A stretch of DNA of 63,986 nt, counting the filler, from Reticulomyxa filosa (Eukaryota; Protista; Foraminifera): NCBI GenBank assembly GCA_000512085.1. It is 19 parts of 19 records of this genome, joined end to end, with 100 filler letters (N's around TTAATTAATTAA, not from the genome) between each part and the next. Parts side by side here need not be neighbours in the genome. Positions count along the whole stretch, not along the records: positions 47,333 to 55,400 come from ASPP01019980.1; positions 55,501 to 57,499 come from ASPP01033718.1; positions 57,600 to 61,209 come from ASPP01004081.1; positions 61,310 to 62,886 come from ASPP01048440.1; positions 62,987 to 63,986 come from ASPP01037275.1; 14 more parts are not named here. The stretch is one strand, 5' to 3'. The notes below the pieces were generated by a model. That model saw only the letters and a program-made list of their open reading frames with translations, did no database searches and was not told the origin of the DNA. A program made the position numbers and the translations under genes. Shown here in pieces: positions 51,303-63,986 of the stretch; position 1 is the first letter of the stretch, and each line of letters starts with the position of its first letter.

Positions 51303-53297
51303 TCAACATATTCGATTATGTGACGCAATCTTCTCAATTATGTGTTGTATGCGCTTCAACCTGGGGCATGCCTTTCCTTTCCATGAAAAGCAAACATGTT
51401 TGCCAATAACATATTGACATACTATCTTGTCCTTACAAAGTGCACGCAGTACTCGTTTTGTGAAAGGCAAGTCGATATAAACATATCTAGGTAGATTGAA
51501 TAATTTACAAATCCTATTCCATCTGGTTTTAACTTCAGTTTCAGTCCAACAATAAATGCCTTGTGAAAAACAATGTTCAATTCCATATGTTTTAACTCTT
51601 TTGTCATCGTAATCACTTTCTTGAAGATCTTTTTCATTAAATCTTTCTTTATCTTTCATCTTTTCCATTTCTTTTTTATCTTTCCTTGTCATCTCTTTAT
51701 CCATTTCCTCATCTTTTTGACAGTAAATAATAAACAAATTAAGATTTACATTAGTTTGTTTTTTTTTTTTGGACATTTACATATATATGTAACATGAAAG
51801 TTTCGTGCCATTACAATAAATCAAATGGTTAATCCATAATTTGGGATTGCTTGTCATCAGATAATCCAATGCAATTCTGGCTTTTTCGCCCAGATCTCTC
51901 CATGTTTTTTCTGTTGTGTATCTTTCGATATTCTCTGTGCATTTTTTTTTCAAAAGAGTTTTATTTGACATAAGTGACAAAAAAAAAAAAAAAAAATTAT
52001 AGTTAGTTGATTTGTGTTTGGTGTGTGTGCATGTGCAAACGAAACGTAAGACAATATTGTCCATGAGAAATGCAACCCCTTTCAACCTGCTAGTGTTTTG
52101 CCTTTTGAGCCATTTATCAACATCTGAGGATGTGACCAAAGTATCATTGGGCACAATTTGGTAAGGCCACATAAGCATGCAAGACTCCCAATCGTGAATC
52201 TTCTCGTCGATATAAATCAACAAAAGAAGACACTGTTGTACAATGTCCAGTACAGTAATGTGTTTTTCGTCACTATGTACACTATCAATATTATTTCCTT
52301 TTGCTCCTCCACCATTTTTATCTTTATTTCTTTTTTTATTACTATTGCCTCTTGTTTTTTCTTCTTTTTCTTCTTCACTTTCTTCATCTTCTTCTGGCTG
52401 TTCCTGTAAACGTTGTGCAATAAGATATCTTGCACATACGCAAAGAACTTCAATACTTTGAATTAGTGTATCAAATCCTTGACGAAATAAGTAATATTGC
52501 CAAGATTTCAATAGCAAAATAGCAAGTCTGGTTTCGGTCCCAATTGATGACGCTCTCATATAATACACGTTCAAAATGGTCAGTGCGGTACTCATGTTCT
52601 GATTTAAAAAATCAATGTGTCTGTAATTGGTTGGATCTTTTTCCTCCACCACTTCAATGGCATCTTTGTACTGCTTATAATGATGCAACAAATCACCCGC
52701 GAGTAGTAATAATTCGCTGTTATTGAGCAAATATACATGCTGTTTATCTCCTTTGTAATGAAACCGGCAATACAATCGTACTTCATATGTAAATGCAACC
52801 AAAATATCAAACTCATACCCTCCATATTCAATTGTCATCTTATAATTAGATGTGGAAATGACTCGGAAATCATTGTGTCGCTCTTTTGCTTTTTTATTGA
52901 TACTGCCAGTGATCCAATCCAATATCTCCTTTTGCACTCCTTGCGCGTAATTAATGTCATTTTGATGCTTTCTTTTTAATTGATATAAAAATACAAGACT
53001 GCTCTCACATTTGTTTTGAATTGTCAATCTCTTTTGCAAGCTACCTCCCAACACTACCCCATACACTCGTCGAAATGCACATTCTTTCTTATTTTGTGAC
53101 GCTTCTATCAACTCTTGCACAAATTCATTTGCACTTTCGCATACATTACAATTTTCATAATCCAATGCTATTTCTGTTTCAATCTTTTTTTGGTAATATT
53201 CATTTGCTTCTTTGTCTTTTTTATAGTTGTTGCACAAGTATTTTGTCGTTATTCGATATTCCATTGGTACCTCCCATGCAATCAGCCCTTTCATCAC
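51303..53297 (-). CDS. 2'-5' oligoadenylate synthetase (OAS)-like nucleotidyltransferase, spliced; start uncertain
   Basis: [39 protein letters not shown]...RLAILLLKSWQ...SIEVLCV, MLMWPY...KWLKRQ...FLMD..WRDLGEKA are colinear with OAS1 NTase + OAS1_C motifs. Probable intron 52045-51935. Confidence 0.72.
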
Positions 53298-53760
53298 TTT
53301 GCCCTTTTTTTCTTTTCTCTTGGCTTTGAGTCTGATTATTGTGTCATTGATCTCACTTCACTCCAATTAATTTTTTTTTGGTCCCTTCAATCAGTTTTTT
53401 CGGTCTAACTAAATCTTTGGTTCGGTAATACTCTATTTTTTAAAAAAGGAAAATTATACTTTTTTTCTCAATTTAAAACGTAAAACGTTCAAAAAAACAA
53501 ATGATAAAGTCTTATTTCGAACACAAGAGTAAATAAGCTATATAGGAAAAAAGGAATGATAAAATGGAGAACTTTTCTTCACAATTTTATATGGCTCCTA
53601 CTGAACAGAAACCAGACCAAAAAAAATTATTTTTTGTTGCATTATTAGTTAAAATTTGATCTATTTGGAGAGGAATTAGATATTTTTTGAATGTATCCAA
53701 CAAACAAACGAATACTCAGTCTTTTACTTTTAAAAAAAAAAAAAGCTGTTTATTGCTTTG

Positions 53761-54926
53761 CTACTCCCAAATTCGGATTGTCTTGTCAAAAGAACTTGAT
53801 ACAATTACATTTCCATCTGGCGAAATATCCACACTTGTTAATGGATCAGAATGCCCTTTTAATTTTTGTATTTCTTGTCCTGTCTTTACATCCCATACAC
53901 GAATTGTGTTATCCCATGAACATGACACAATAGTTTGACAATCTGGAGAAAATGTCGCATCACTCACAGCGAGCAAATGTCCTTCAAATTTTTTCAATTC
54001 CTTTCCTGATGTAACATCCCATATCCGAATGGTCTTATCACGTGAACAAGACACAATAAATTGACTATCTGGAGAAAATTTTGCACGCATTACAGAAGTA
54101 GAATGCCCTTTCAGTTGCTTCAATATTTCACCTGTTTCTACATCCCATACACAAATTTTTTTATCACCAGACGCTGCTACAACCATTTGATCATTTGGTG
54201 AATATTGTACAGTCTGTACAGTCTGTACGGCCTCCACATGACCTAAAACACTTTGTATTACATTCTTAGATGTTATATCCCATACATATATTGCACTCTC
54301 TGAACACGATATAACATTTTTACTGTTCTTAGAAAAATTCACACTTAATGTCGGATAAAAAAAATGCTCTCCGAATCTTTTTATTTCTTTTCCTGATTTT
54401 ACATCCCAGATTCGAATTGTTTGGTCTGCTGAGCACGATACAACAGTATGTTCATCTTGAGAAAATTCTGCAACAAAGACTTTATTCAAGTGTCCTTCAA
54501 AACATTGGATTTGTTTTTTTAGTACAATATCCCATATTCGAATAGTTTTATCACTTGATGACGAAATAATTTTTTTGCCATCTCTTGAAAATCTTACACT
54601 CCTTACTGCGTCATCATGTCCTTGCAAAATACTGGATAATTTAAAATATTTGGCCTGTGGAAAATATCATATCATTCATCATTAATTCATGCAAAAAAAA
54701 AAAACAATGAACTTAACATATGTTGAAACGATTTTGTCAAAATCATTTATCCATCCTATTTTCACCTCCAAAAGACGGAGCCAGTTTTGAGTGATTATTT
54801 TTATTTCTTTTCCCGACTATTTTTTGTTATTCCATGAACACTCCTACTGTTAAATATTTTTGTAATGGATTATTATGACCCTACCGACAGCAGTATTATT
54901 CCTTCTCCGTTGGCATCAGCATTCAT
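53761..54926 (-). CDS. HWIR-module + WD40 protein (GH..V..FSPDG type repeats)
   Basis: [14 protein letters not shown] | exon 54816-54718 [33 protein letters not shown] | WD40 repeats ending TIRIWE*. Confidence 0.88.
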
Positions 54927-56044
54927 CCTCCGCGTTTTTTTGTTGTATGCAAATAAATAGCAAAAATAAACCTTGATGAGTATTAATAAACTTGAATTTT
55001 GTGTATTATCACCCCTTTTTTTCAAGAAATGTTTATCTCATTTATTTTAGTAGTTTGTAAGTTCAAACAATGATATTAGTACACATTGAGAAAAAATACT
55101 TATCTCATTGGAAATTAATTTTACTCTTTTTATTGTCACATATAAAAAAAAGTTCTATGCTTACACATTCAGTTACTCATCCCCGTTCTTTTTCTTTTGT
55201 TGGATATTTTGCGTTTATTTCTTTCAATCTATGTTATCCTTTATTTGGCAATTTGTTTGTTAAAGTCTTGAAACTAGAATGTAATTTTTACAATCGGCTT
55301 CACAGCCGAACTGTTCTATTATAGAAGATGACACAATTGTGTTACCATCTGGTGAAATATACAGTATGTTGCAAAGAAAACTGAACGCATAAAACGATAT
55401 NNNNNNNNNNNNNNNNNNNNNNNNNNNNNNNNNNNNNNNNNNNNTTAATTAATTAANNNNNNNNNNNNNNNNNNNNNNNNNNNNNNNNNNNNNNNNNNNN
55501 AAAAAAAATGAACATTATTGGCCAAATAACATAATGGTCAATCTCAAATAATTTTTTTTAAAAATAAAATAAAAAATGAATGCTATTGACTAGCACGAAG
55601 TGTTCTTGATTTTATTTGATTTGGGTCATTTTTTGTTATTTGTGGGTCATTTTTGATTTTATTTGAACCAATTTTTAAAAAATTAACCAGTTTTTTTTAA
55701 AAAAAGTGTCAGATGGGGGGATGCAGTTCAAGTTTTTTATTTTTTAGGTTTGTAATGTTTGTGTTTAGTAACAAACAACAAAGAGTTCACTGCTGCTTGT
55801 CTGTAGAACTGAAATGAAGAGTGAGGTCTTGCAGTCCTGACTTTTTTAAAAAGATTATCAAATGATTCGTTCTTTGATATGTCATATCGTTAATTATAAC
55901 CAAAGAGTACAACCATTTCACATAATCTCAACATTCACATTTCTCTTTGGTATCCATTTATGTAAACATACATTAGATATTATGTAATGTATATACTCTT
56001 TGATGAATATCCAATTGCTAAATTTCAGAAAAAAAAACAAAAAC

Positions 56045-56660
56045 CAGAAAGGACCATTAAGTGAACTAGTTGAAGAATTGAAGCACATAAAAGACGAAAT
56101 ATCGAAACTGAAATCGCAGCAACAAGCAATTTTGATTGAAGTGAAAGATATGTCGTCATCACTCGCTGAAATGAAACAAAATCATTCCAAAGATATTGGC
56201 GATCTCTTCTGTTATGACGAAATCCTGCTCGTGCCTGTTGTCAGTAGGGTCAAGTGCATCAGTTAATATTGCTTCTCTAATTTATATATACGTATATATT
56301 TGTTTATTTAAGCACCATAGCAAATATGGAATGTTTGTGTGTAAACTCTTCAGAAGAAAAGGCTCAAAAAGCATTAAAGAACTATGGACGTGAAGTGGCA
56401 CTTCGTCACCAGTACTTTAATGTGATTCAAGAGATGAAAGATAACATCAGTGTATGTTACCGTGTTCGATCGCTTTTGCAAAATGATATATCTCGAGTGA
56501 AATGAGTGTTGAATTTGTTGATGAATGCACCTTGCGTACATACAATCAAGAAGAGGTGCGAATGGATAATATCAACAATGTGATGTCGAATTTGCAGTCG
56601 CAAGCACGTGGTGGCAAAAATCGAAACAAAAACGTTTGAGTTTGACAAAGTGTACCAAAC
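56045..56660 (+). CDS. Hypothetical coiled-coil protein fragment (possibly a pseudogene)
   Basis: Heptad-like ELVEELKHIKDEISKLKSQQQAILIEVKDMSSSLAEMK, followed by further exon-like blocks. Confidence 0.35.
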
Positions 56661-57083
56661 CATTGTTTCTGTCACATTTCTTTAAAAATGTGAAAATGTG
56701 AATATTGAAATATTGTTTTAATTCTTGCACGAAAGTGAACAATCTCTTATTCCACGGAGTGAGTTTATCGAATTGCGACATATTTTGTACCTTTTTGAAA
56801 TATTGCAATTTTTAAAAAAAGAAACGGTTGATGATTGACAAATTTCATACTTTTTTTTAATTTTGGAAAATGATAAAAAAAAAAAAGAACAATTACAAAA
56901 AAAAAAAAAAAAAGAATACAATTGCAATTTTAAAAAAAATTTACTAAATGCATTTGTAGTTCCGAAATTTTTTTTTTGTCGCTTATTTACTTAATATATG
57001 CCATACGTATAAATAAATATATAAAAATAAAATTACGCTTTGGATGTGAATTAATATCAATTGTCAGCTCAAGGAATACATAT

Positions 57084-57499
57084 TTATGAAGAGTTTTGTT
57101 GAGGCGTAAATACAAATTCTTTTTCTGGACAAACAACACGTGATGGTGTGTGCTTGGACGCAGATAAAGTTTGTTGTATCAAAGTAGCCAAAGGTTTGCT
57201 GTACCTACGACTCATAGCATGATGGATTTGGCTTGGATTTAGCATGGAATCGGTCTCGTCCCATTTCAACACAAACGTATCGCATTTTGGCTGGATATTC
57301 TGACGGACTTGTCGAACTGCATCCGGAATATCCTTGTACATCCTAACTTTGGAGGCAGTAGCGTTCAACTCTAGCACAAGCAAATGAGGCGATAGCAAAG
57401 TGTGCGAGAAATGGAGTGTCGAAAGACCTCCCTCCATTGGCACAGCCACTGGCAATAATGGATTAAAGGTTTCATCTCGAAGTAAAGTTGATAATGAAT
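57084..57499 (-). CDS. Hypothetical protein, terminal exon, 5'-partial
   Basis: Open, higher-GC frame from the contig edge to the stop at 57084; no recognisable motif. Confidence 0.55.
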
Positions 57500-57599
57500 N
57501 NNNNNNNNNNNNNNNNNNNNNNNNNNNNNNNNNNNNNNNNNNNTTAATTAATTAANNNNNNNNNNNNNNNNNNNNNNNNNNNNNNNNNNNNNNNNNNNN

Positions 57600-60500
57600 T
57601 TTTTGAATTATCAAATTGGGTTTGCCATATTCAAGTCCACATGGGGGATGTATGAAGTTGCGTGTCACAATGTTTTTTTGAATTCACCCAAATATCGGAA
57701 AATACAGTCCCAAATTGAGTCAATGCCTTATTTTTTTCTACAACTTCAAATCTCCATTTTTCTACGAAAGGTAGCACATTAGAGAGACTGGGATCAATAC
57801 GTTGCAAAAACGGTAAAATAAATTTGGAGCAAAGTATTTCTCTGTGTTTCTGGCGACAACTCACAATATCATTTAATTTTTCGCAAAGACGATGTATTTC
57901 ATTGAATGTAAAGTAATTCAATATAGGATATTCTGTTCTCAATTTTACACATTCGTCTCGCCACTCTTTTAATTTTTTTTGCCATTCACTTTGGAGCTTT
58001 TTAAATTCACTCAATGGCTCTTTCACTTCCAACTGTAATTTTTCGATCACTTGTCGACCTCCTTTTCTCCAAAATGCCACGCGCAATGTCTGGATATCCT
58101 TGCACACTCCAAACTTTTCAATCAGTTTGGTTATTTCTTTGAGCTTTTTTTCTTTGGAAAATCCTAGCAATACATGATCGATAGCTTGTTCGACTTGATC
58201 ACAATTGAGTTTTTCCTTATCGATGTGCAAAACGAGCCACTCCTCTCTCTGTTCTTTCTCTGTACTATTGTCAATAACAATGGAGTTGACTTGTAACACT
58301 TGATCACATCCAACAAAATGCCATTGGCCATCTTTGATTGCTTTTATCAACAAATTGAAGCTTTGAACAGCTTGCAGTCGACCAGCCTTTTCGACAAGAA
58401 AAGAGATACGATTCAGATCCACATCGCAACATTGCTTAAATTTTGTAGTGAAATGTTCATTGTTTTTATAAATCGACAAAATCTCTTTTGCGACTTGACT
58501 CGTCTTTTGTATATTGGCATCCCAAATGTGCTCATGGATTTTTCCATTGACTGTACGTAGCGCATTCACTAACTCTTCGAATTGACCTTCCTTGCAGTTG
58601 TCCAATGTTTCCATGGTGTTCGCAAAGTGCTCTTTGTTTGCAAAGTTTTCGCTGGTGGCTAATTCTTTGATCACTTTTTCCTCATTTTTTATAATCAAAT
58701 AAAACAATTCTGCACACTCCAAAGTCTCTTTTCCAAAGTAGTTTATACACGTATCATAATGTTGGGATAATACTTGAATTGAAATCTTTTCATTTTTTAG
58801 TGCTTTTCGGCCGTCCTCCAATGAAGTAACAAAATTATTCCAACTTTTATCATTTTCAATTTTTTTATTTGACGTGTGATATTTTTTTACAATATCGGTG
58901 GCTTTTTTTAGTTCTGTCCAAGGCTCTATCATTTTTTCCAGTTGCGTGATCTTTTCACGATATTCGTTGATACTCTTTGCCATTGATTCAATGTATTGCT
59001 GAGTTTGATTTGGGAATAACAATCGCAACTCGAAATGTAAGTCACATCCTTCAAGCCAGCGTAACTCTTCCCTGGATAACGACTTGTCTCGAACGACCTG
59101 TTCCAACTCCCTCCACTTTTTATTCACATTCTTATATAGTTCATCCATACTCACTTCAAATGTCAATTTCTCTCGTTCTTTCATCTCTTTTCGATATTGA
59201 ATCCATATATTTTTAAATGCATTACCGCTGTTCATTTGTTCCAAATGCTGCATTTTCGACTTCAATTTTCGAAACATGTTTTGCTCATTTTGATACGTGT
59301 GGCTCGCTTTTGGGAATGACTCCAAATCCCGATTGTCAAAAAAGTGACTGAATTTTTGCAACTGTTCTGAAATATCTTCACTATCCATAAACTGTGTCGA
59401 TACCATCGTATATAGTTGTTTCAAATGAATAAACTCTTTGAATTCTGTCAATATGGTCGACAGTGCGTTGACCTTGTCTTGCACAATATTGCTATTACCC
59501 CATCCAGGCAAAGATGTGCAGATGACTTTGATATTGTTCTTGTTATTATCATGTTCTAGAAATTCGCATACATAAAACGCAATGGATTTATCATCGACCA
59601 TTGCAAATAACTTATTCAATGTTATCTTCATAAAATCTTGCAATTGTTCCAATTTCTTCACTTTCGTTGCTCCATATTGAATCAATGGTAACCAGGGCAT
59701 ACACAGAAAGCAATAGTCCAAATGACTTATCAACGACCTTAATTTACTCTCTTCTTTTTTGGACATCTCTTGTTTATCGTCTTTTCTTTTTTCGTCTTTG
59801 TTTTCTTTTTTTTCCTCGATTGCATTATTGTTTACATTGGAGTCTACTTGCACTGGAACATCCACAATAACTTCAAATATTTCGTCCAACAATTCCATAT
59901 CAATAAATTCTTTTTCCAAGAGTTCTTTCATTGACTTCAAAGTTTTCTCACTCCATCTTTTGCTGCTCAGCAATATGACTTTTCGCTGTTTTTTAATTTT
60001 AGCCAAAAACAAGTCTTTGTATTCTTTGAGGAGACTCCAAAATTCAGGATATAACAGCAAAAGCACAAGTTGTTGAGTAGAATCCATATCTTCTCTCACC
60101 ATCTTGTTGTCTATCCAGTCATATAAGCTTTTTGACAAAGAATCTTTCAAGGATTCTTTCTTTTCTTCGTTCAGCTCGTACTTAAACAGCTGCAGCCATA
60201 ATGCAAGCGAGCTCTCTTCCGTTGTCAATCTATTTAGCAACCGCTCAGAAGCAGCATTAGCCATTCTTTTAACGATCTCAGAGCAATGTTTCCAAAGCAC
60301 ATCAAAAATAGCTGTTAACGTAGAGCTATTATAAATCATATCGGTTTTGTCAATGTAATGTTCCAAAATTTGCAACATATGTTCCCAATTTTGCCAAATA
60401 ATATCTTTCTTGCTCAACATAAAAGAAATAAAGTTTATGAAGTTTTCATTGGATTGAACCACGGAATCTTGGAAATTCTTTTCACGGAATACATCCAATA

Positions 60501-61146
60501 GTCGTTCACGAACTCGCTCGTTTTTTAACGCTCCAGTAGTTTGGAGTCGCTCAACAAACTGGCTCCACTTTTCAAAATGACATTTATACAAATTACAAAT
60601 AACATCGATATATTTCAAGTCTGGGGTTGTCCACAGTTTAACCCACGTCTCAACCGTCATAAATTCTTTCTTGGAGAAGAGAAATTCCAATACTTTCTCC
60701 GACAAATCATCATCGTTTTGAGAATGCACAATCTGCATCACATATATCTCTGCAAATAGCATTGGAGAAATATTGGGCAGATATCGAATTTTTAAATCTG
60801 TCTCAATCACATCTATGCATCGCGCGGCCAGGTTTGGATCTTTCTTTACATTTTTGAAGTCGAAACGCTTCAAAAGATCTTCATTTGCTTGCGTCCTATT
60901 TCTGCTTGCCAAAAGGTTGAAACAAGGGATCAACATAAACTGGTCAAAGCCATTTGCTCTATTTTGTTCTTTTTCCGCACGTATACTACGTTCTAAGTCA
61001 CTCCAAAACTCATTTCTCATAGTTGTAATTATGTTGTTCATTGATGTTGCTACTATGTACTTCACCACAGTAAACAAACAGCATGGAAGCAGCAGGTTTT
61101 GTCGCTGCGCTCCAAGCTGCTCACTTACAAATAGAAGTTGATATAT
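57600..61146 (-). CDS. RNF213/mysterin-like giant helical protein, internal fragment (partial at both ends)
   Basis: Exon of more than 1150 codons. WRDECVKLRTEYPILNYFTFNEIHRL, GRLQAVQSFNLLIKAIKDG and, after a C5 frameshift, GLEYGKPNLII parallel the pre-AAA stalk region of RNF213. Confidence 0.62.
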
Positions 61147-63059
61147 CTATTTTTTTTTTTTTTTTTTAACTAAAAACTTGTAATGATTTAATTGTACAAA
61201 AAAAAAAAANNNNNNNNNNNNNNNNNNNNNNNNNNNNNNNNNNNNNNNNNNNNTTAATTAATTAANNNNNNNNNNNNNNNNNNNNNNNNNNNNNNNNNNN
61301 NNNNNNNNNTAAAGGAACATGGTCATCTCTTTTCTTCAACAATCTAAGAAATCTCAAATGGAGCTTTTAAAATAATAATCGAGTTTCTTTTTTTCAAAAC
61401 TAGAGTTTTTAAACAAAAACCACGATGTTTGTCGTTATTAATACTTTATTGAAAAAAGCTCAAGTTTTAATCATTAAATATAATTCAACTTTTTTGGCAG
61501 CAAAGTCTTTTTCGAATAAGGAAGAGGATGCTAATTAACAAAACTAAATGCTGCAATTATGAAAAATACATCTTGCAATGTGAAAAAAGTAAAATTGCAT
61601 AATTTCAACATAGAAAAAATTGTAAACCGTGAAATTCTACATTTTTGCCTTATAACCCGGTTTCCTCCTGAAAAAAATTCTTTATAAAAAGGATAGGAAT
61701 AGAGAATGTATGAAAAAAAGGCTAGCAAAGACTTGAAAGTACAAATAACGCGAGAAGGCCTAATTTTTGGTGCCACTTCACGAGGCAAAAGCATGAATCA
61801 GAAATTAAATTTCGGTTTCCAGTAAACCTGTTCATCAAAAGAATTGTGTTTTTTTTGGCCGAAAAAGAAATCTTGAATACATTGTGGTTTCATTTGTTGA
61901 TTGAAGAAGTTAAGTTATTTTTTGTTGGTATTTTACATATAATACATTCACAATTCAATATTGCCTCTTTTCGCTCTTAAAAAAATAGTGACAAAAAAAG
62001 AAAGACCATGCAAAATTGATTGGGAAAAATTTATGGACGAAATGACAGCGACAAAAAAGAATTAGATTTGAACAACAACAAGGATTGGAAAAATTTGAAA
62101 CCAAGGCCAACACCATAAGAATGGGAAGCGCATAGCAAATATGACGATATTTATGTTTTCCCACATAAGAAAAGGAAAATGAAAATAAAAAAGAGGAGAC
62201 AAATGTGGCTCCCAATGCAAGCGACAAGGAACAAAAAGAAGTGCTGTCACAACAGAAATGCTTTTTTTTTTTAAAATTCACTGGCTTGCTCAATTCACCA
62301 AATATCATTAAATAATTATTAAAAAAGCAATACTTTGAATTTGTCAGATCAGCACAAAAATAATAATATGTTTTCGCACCTGCTGCCCCTTGCATTTGTC
62401 ATTTTTTTTTATTAAAAATTGTAACGAAAAGGACGAGATCATTTTCGTCTATACAGCAGTATGTGGAGGGCTTGAGAAATGTTGCGCTGTGCTGAAATTG
62501 TTGGGTGAACTGTTTGACTGAAAGAGCTAAAAGGGGTCTTGAGTGAAAAATGAGCAAGATAAACGGGCAATTGGAAAAGGGAAGAACAATCGTACTTATT
62601 ATTGAAAGAAAAGATGTGCAGCGCATACTTGCGCATAGCATCAACGGACAAAGTCCTCCGAGCAAATGTGCATTTGCATATATTTTCCTTTCTGGAGACC
62701 AGCTCTTTGGCCTGGCTGCATGTGCTTTCTCGTTATTTTCATCAATTGTTTATTTCCAACCCTTTCGTGTACAAATCAATTTTGAACAAACACCACCATT
62801 TCTATTTCCATTATTATTATTATTAATTAATTAATTAATTTATTTTTATCAATACAATCAAATGGTGCATGTACGCATGTGCAATGNNNNNNNNNNNNNN
62901 NNNNNNNNNNNNNNNNNNNNNNNNNNNNNNTTAATTAATTAANNNNNNNNNNNNNNNNNNNNNNNNNNNNNNNNNNNNNNNNNNNNACAATGTTTTTTTT
63001 GGAATACAAAAAAACTAGTTGTGTATTTTCATTATTGACACTTTGTTTGTTTAGTTAAC

Positions 63060-63415
63060 TTGAGTATCGTATGTAACATCTGCAATCTTGATATCCAACA
63101 CTTCGGTTCCATTTCGAATTTGAATTTTCAATAAAGACAAGTCCACAGTATTTAATGTAATAAAATCGCTATCTTCTTTTACCAATAGATCAATTTCGAC
63201 GCGTCCAAAAAATCGAAAATGCTTGACCAAATCGGGGGTAATTGAAAGGAAGTAATGGGTAGGGATTACATTTTTTGGCAAAACTTCTTTTTCTTTTTCT
63301 TTCTGCTTTCATCACACACACAAAAAAGCATTCTTTTCTTCAAATTCCCACAAATGACATACATATTCGAGAAATAGAGAAACACTGGCTTTACCTCTTC
63401 TGGTTTTTGAGACAT
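63060..63415 (-). CDS. M1-family (puromycin-sensitive/aminopeptidase N-like) aminopeptidase, N-terminal exons, 3'-partial
   Basis: MSQKPEE | ..EVLPKNVIPTHYFLSITPDL...F.F.GRVEIDL.VKE....ITLNTVDL, the typical M1 N-terminal domain start. Confidence 0.8.
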
Positions 63416-63986
63416 CTCAGAATATTATAGAAATTTTTTTAAAGTTCTAAAAAAACAAGCCCCATAACAACAATAAAAGCAAATAATAACAAAACTCAAG
63501 CAGATCAGAATAAACAAGTATCATTGAAATCACAAATATTCCTTTTTTTCTTCCCAAATATGTAGTGATTGCATCGAATATAAAAAAATATTAATGTTTG
63601 TGGAAGTTTCTTCTATCAAATATAATTATAATATGCAAACTACATACGCGTCTTTGCAATAAAAGAATTGTATCGAATATTTCATTGACTTCAGCAATGT
63701 GTACCTTCTTCTAAACGTTTGACTCGCAAATCAACTTTGAAAGAAATTGAAACAGAGGACCACGAACCTTCGCTCGTTTCTTCTTGCGCTAAAAAATTGA
63801 GGTCCAAACCCCAAAATTTTTTGTTTTAATTTTTTCTTCAAATTGAAAGTTGTGATGGCTTTTATTGCAAGATTTGCAGGAACATCCCTGTTTGTTAACT
63901 ATAAAAATATACTCTTGTTAATGGATCTTTGTTGCTGAAAGTGTGTTGTATGTCATAGACAACGAAGTGCGAAAGGATGGGGGCCA

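Noticed and set aside
11848-61146. A physical 'defence island' of CHAT-STAND, OAS-like and RNF213-like genes
   Set aside because: The genes lie on different contigs separated by artificial spacers; there is no linkage evidence.
2899-62986. Recurrent TTAATTAATTAA motif between N runs (CRISPR-like or regulatory repeat?)
   Set aside because: It is an artificial six-frame-stop linker of fixed 100-bp length.

Overview
This window is not one contiguous locus. It is 19 short contigs joined by artificial 100-bp spacers (N44-TTAATTAATTAA-N44), so adjacency across a spacer has no biological meaning. Contig 1 (1-2898) is a GC-rich bacterial, alphaproteobacterial-type rRNA operon fragment (23S-5S-tRNA-fMet, minus strand). 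The other 18 contigs are AT-rich, intron-containing eukaryotic DNA. Their expanded WD40/Kelch/TPR families (e.g. the NNIGVIGGNGYTICSGS WD40 motif) resemble the foraminiferan Reticulomyxa filosa; this attribution is recognition from memory, not a search. Housekeeping genes include class II fumarase, Vps18, an eIF3c-like gene, quinone oxidoreductase, a DCAF-type WD40, a broken DDX56/DBP9 and an M1 aminopeptidase. The most notable items are: (1) an in-frame spliced fusion of URC1 (GTP cyclohydrolase II-like) and URC4 (DUF1688) of the URC uracil-catabolism pathway; (2) an NLR-like pseudo-CHAT + STAND ATPase + STAT-type SH2 protein; (3) an OAS-like nucleotidyltransferase with a degenerate catalytic triad; (4) an RNF213-like giant protein fragment; (5) a fumarase ending in -SKL with no evident mitochondrial presequence; (6) a 99-102 bp phase-0 'HWIR' exon module shared by WD40 and Kelch genes. 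Several frameshifts lie in homopolymers and are probably sequencing errors. All domain calls are by-eye motif recognition.
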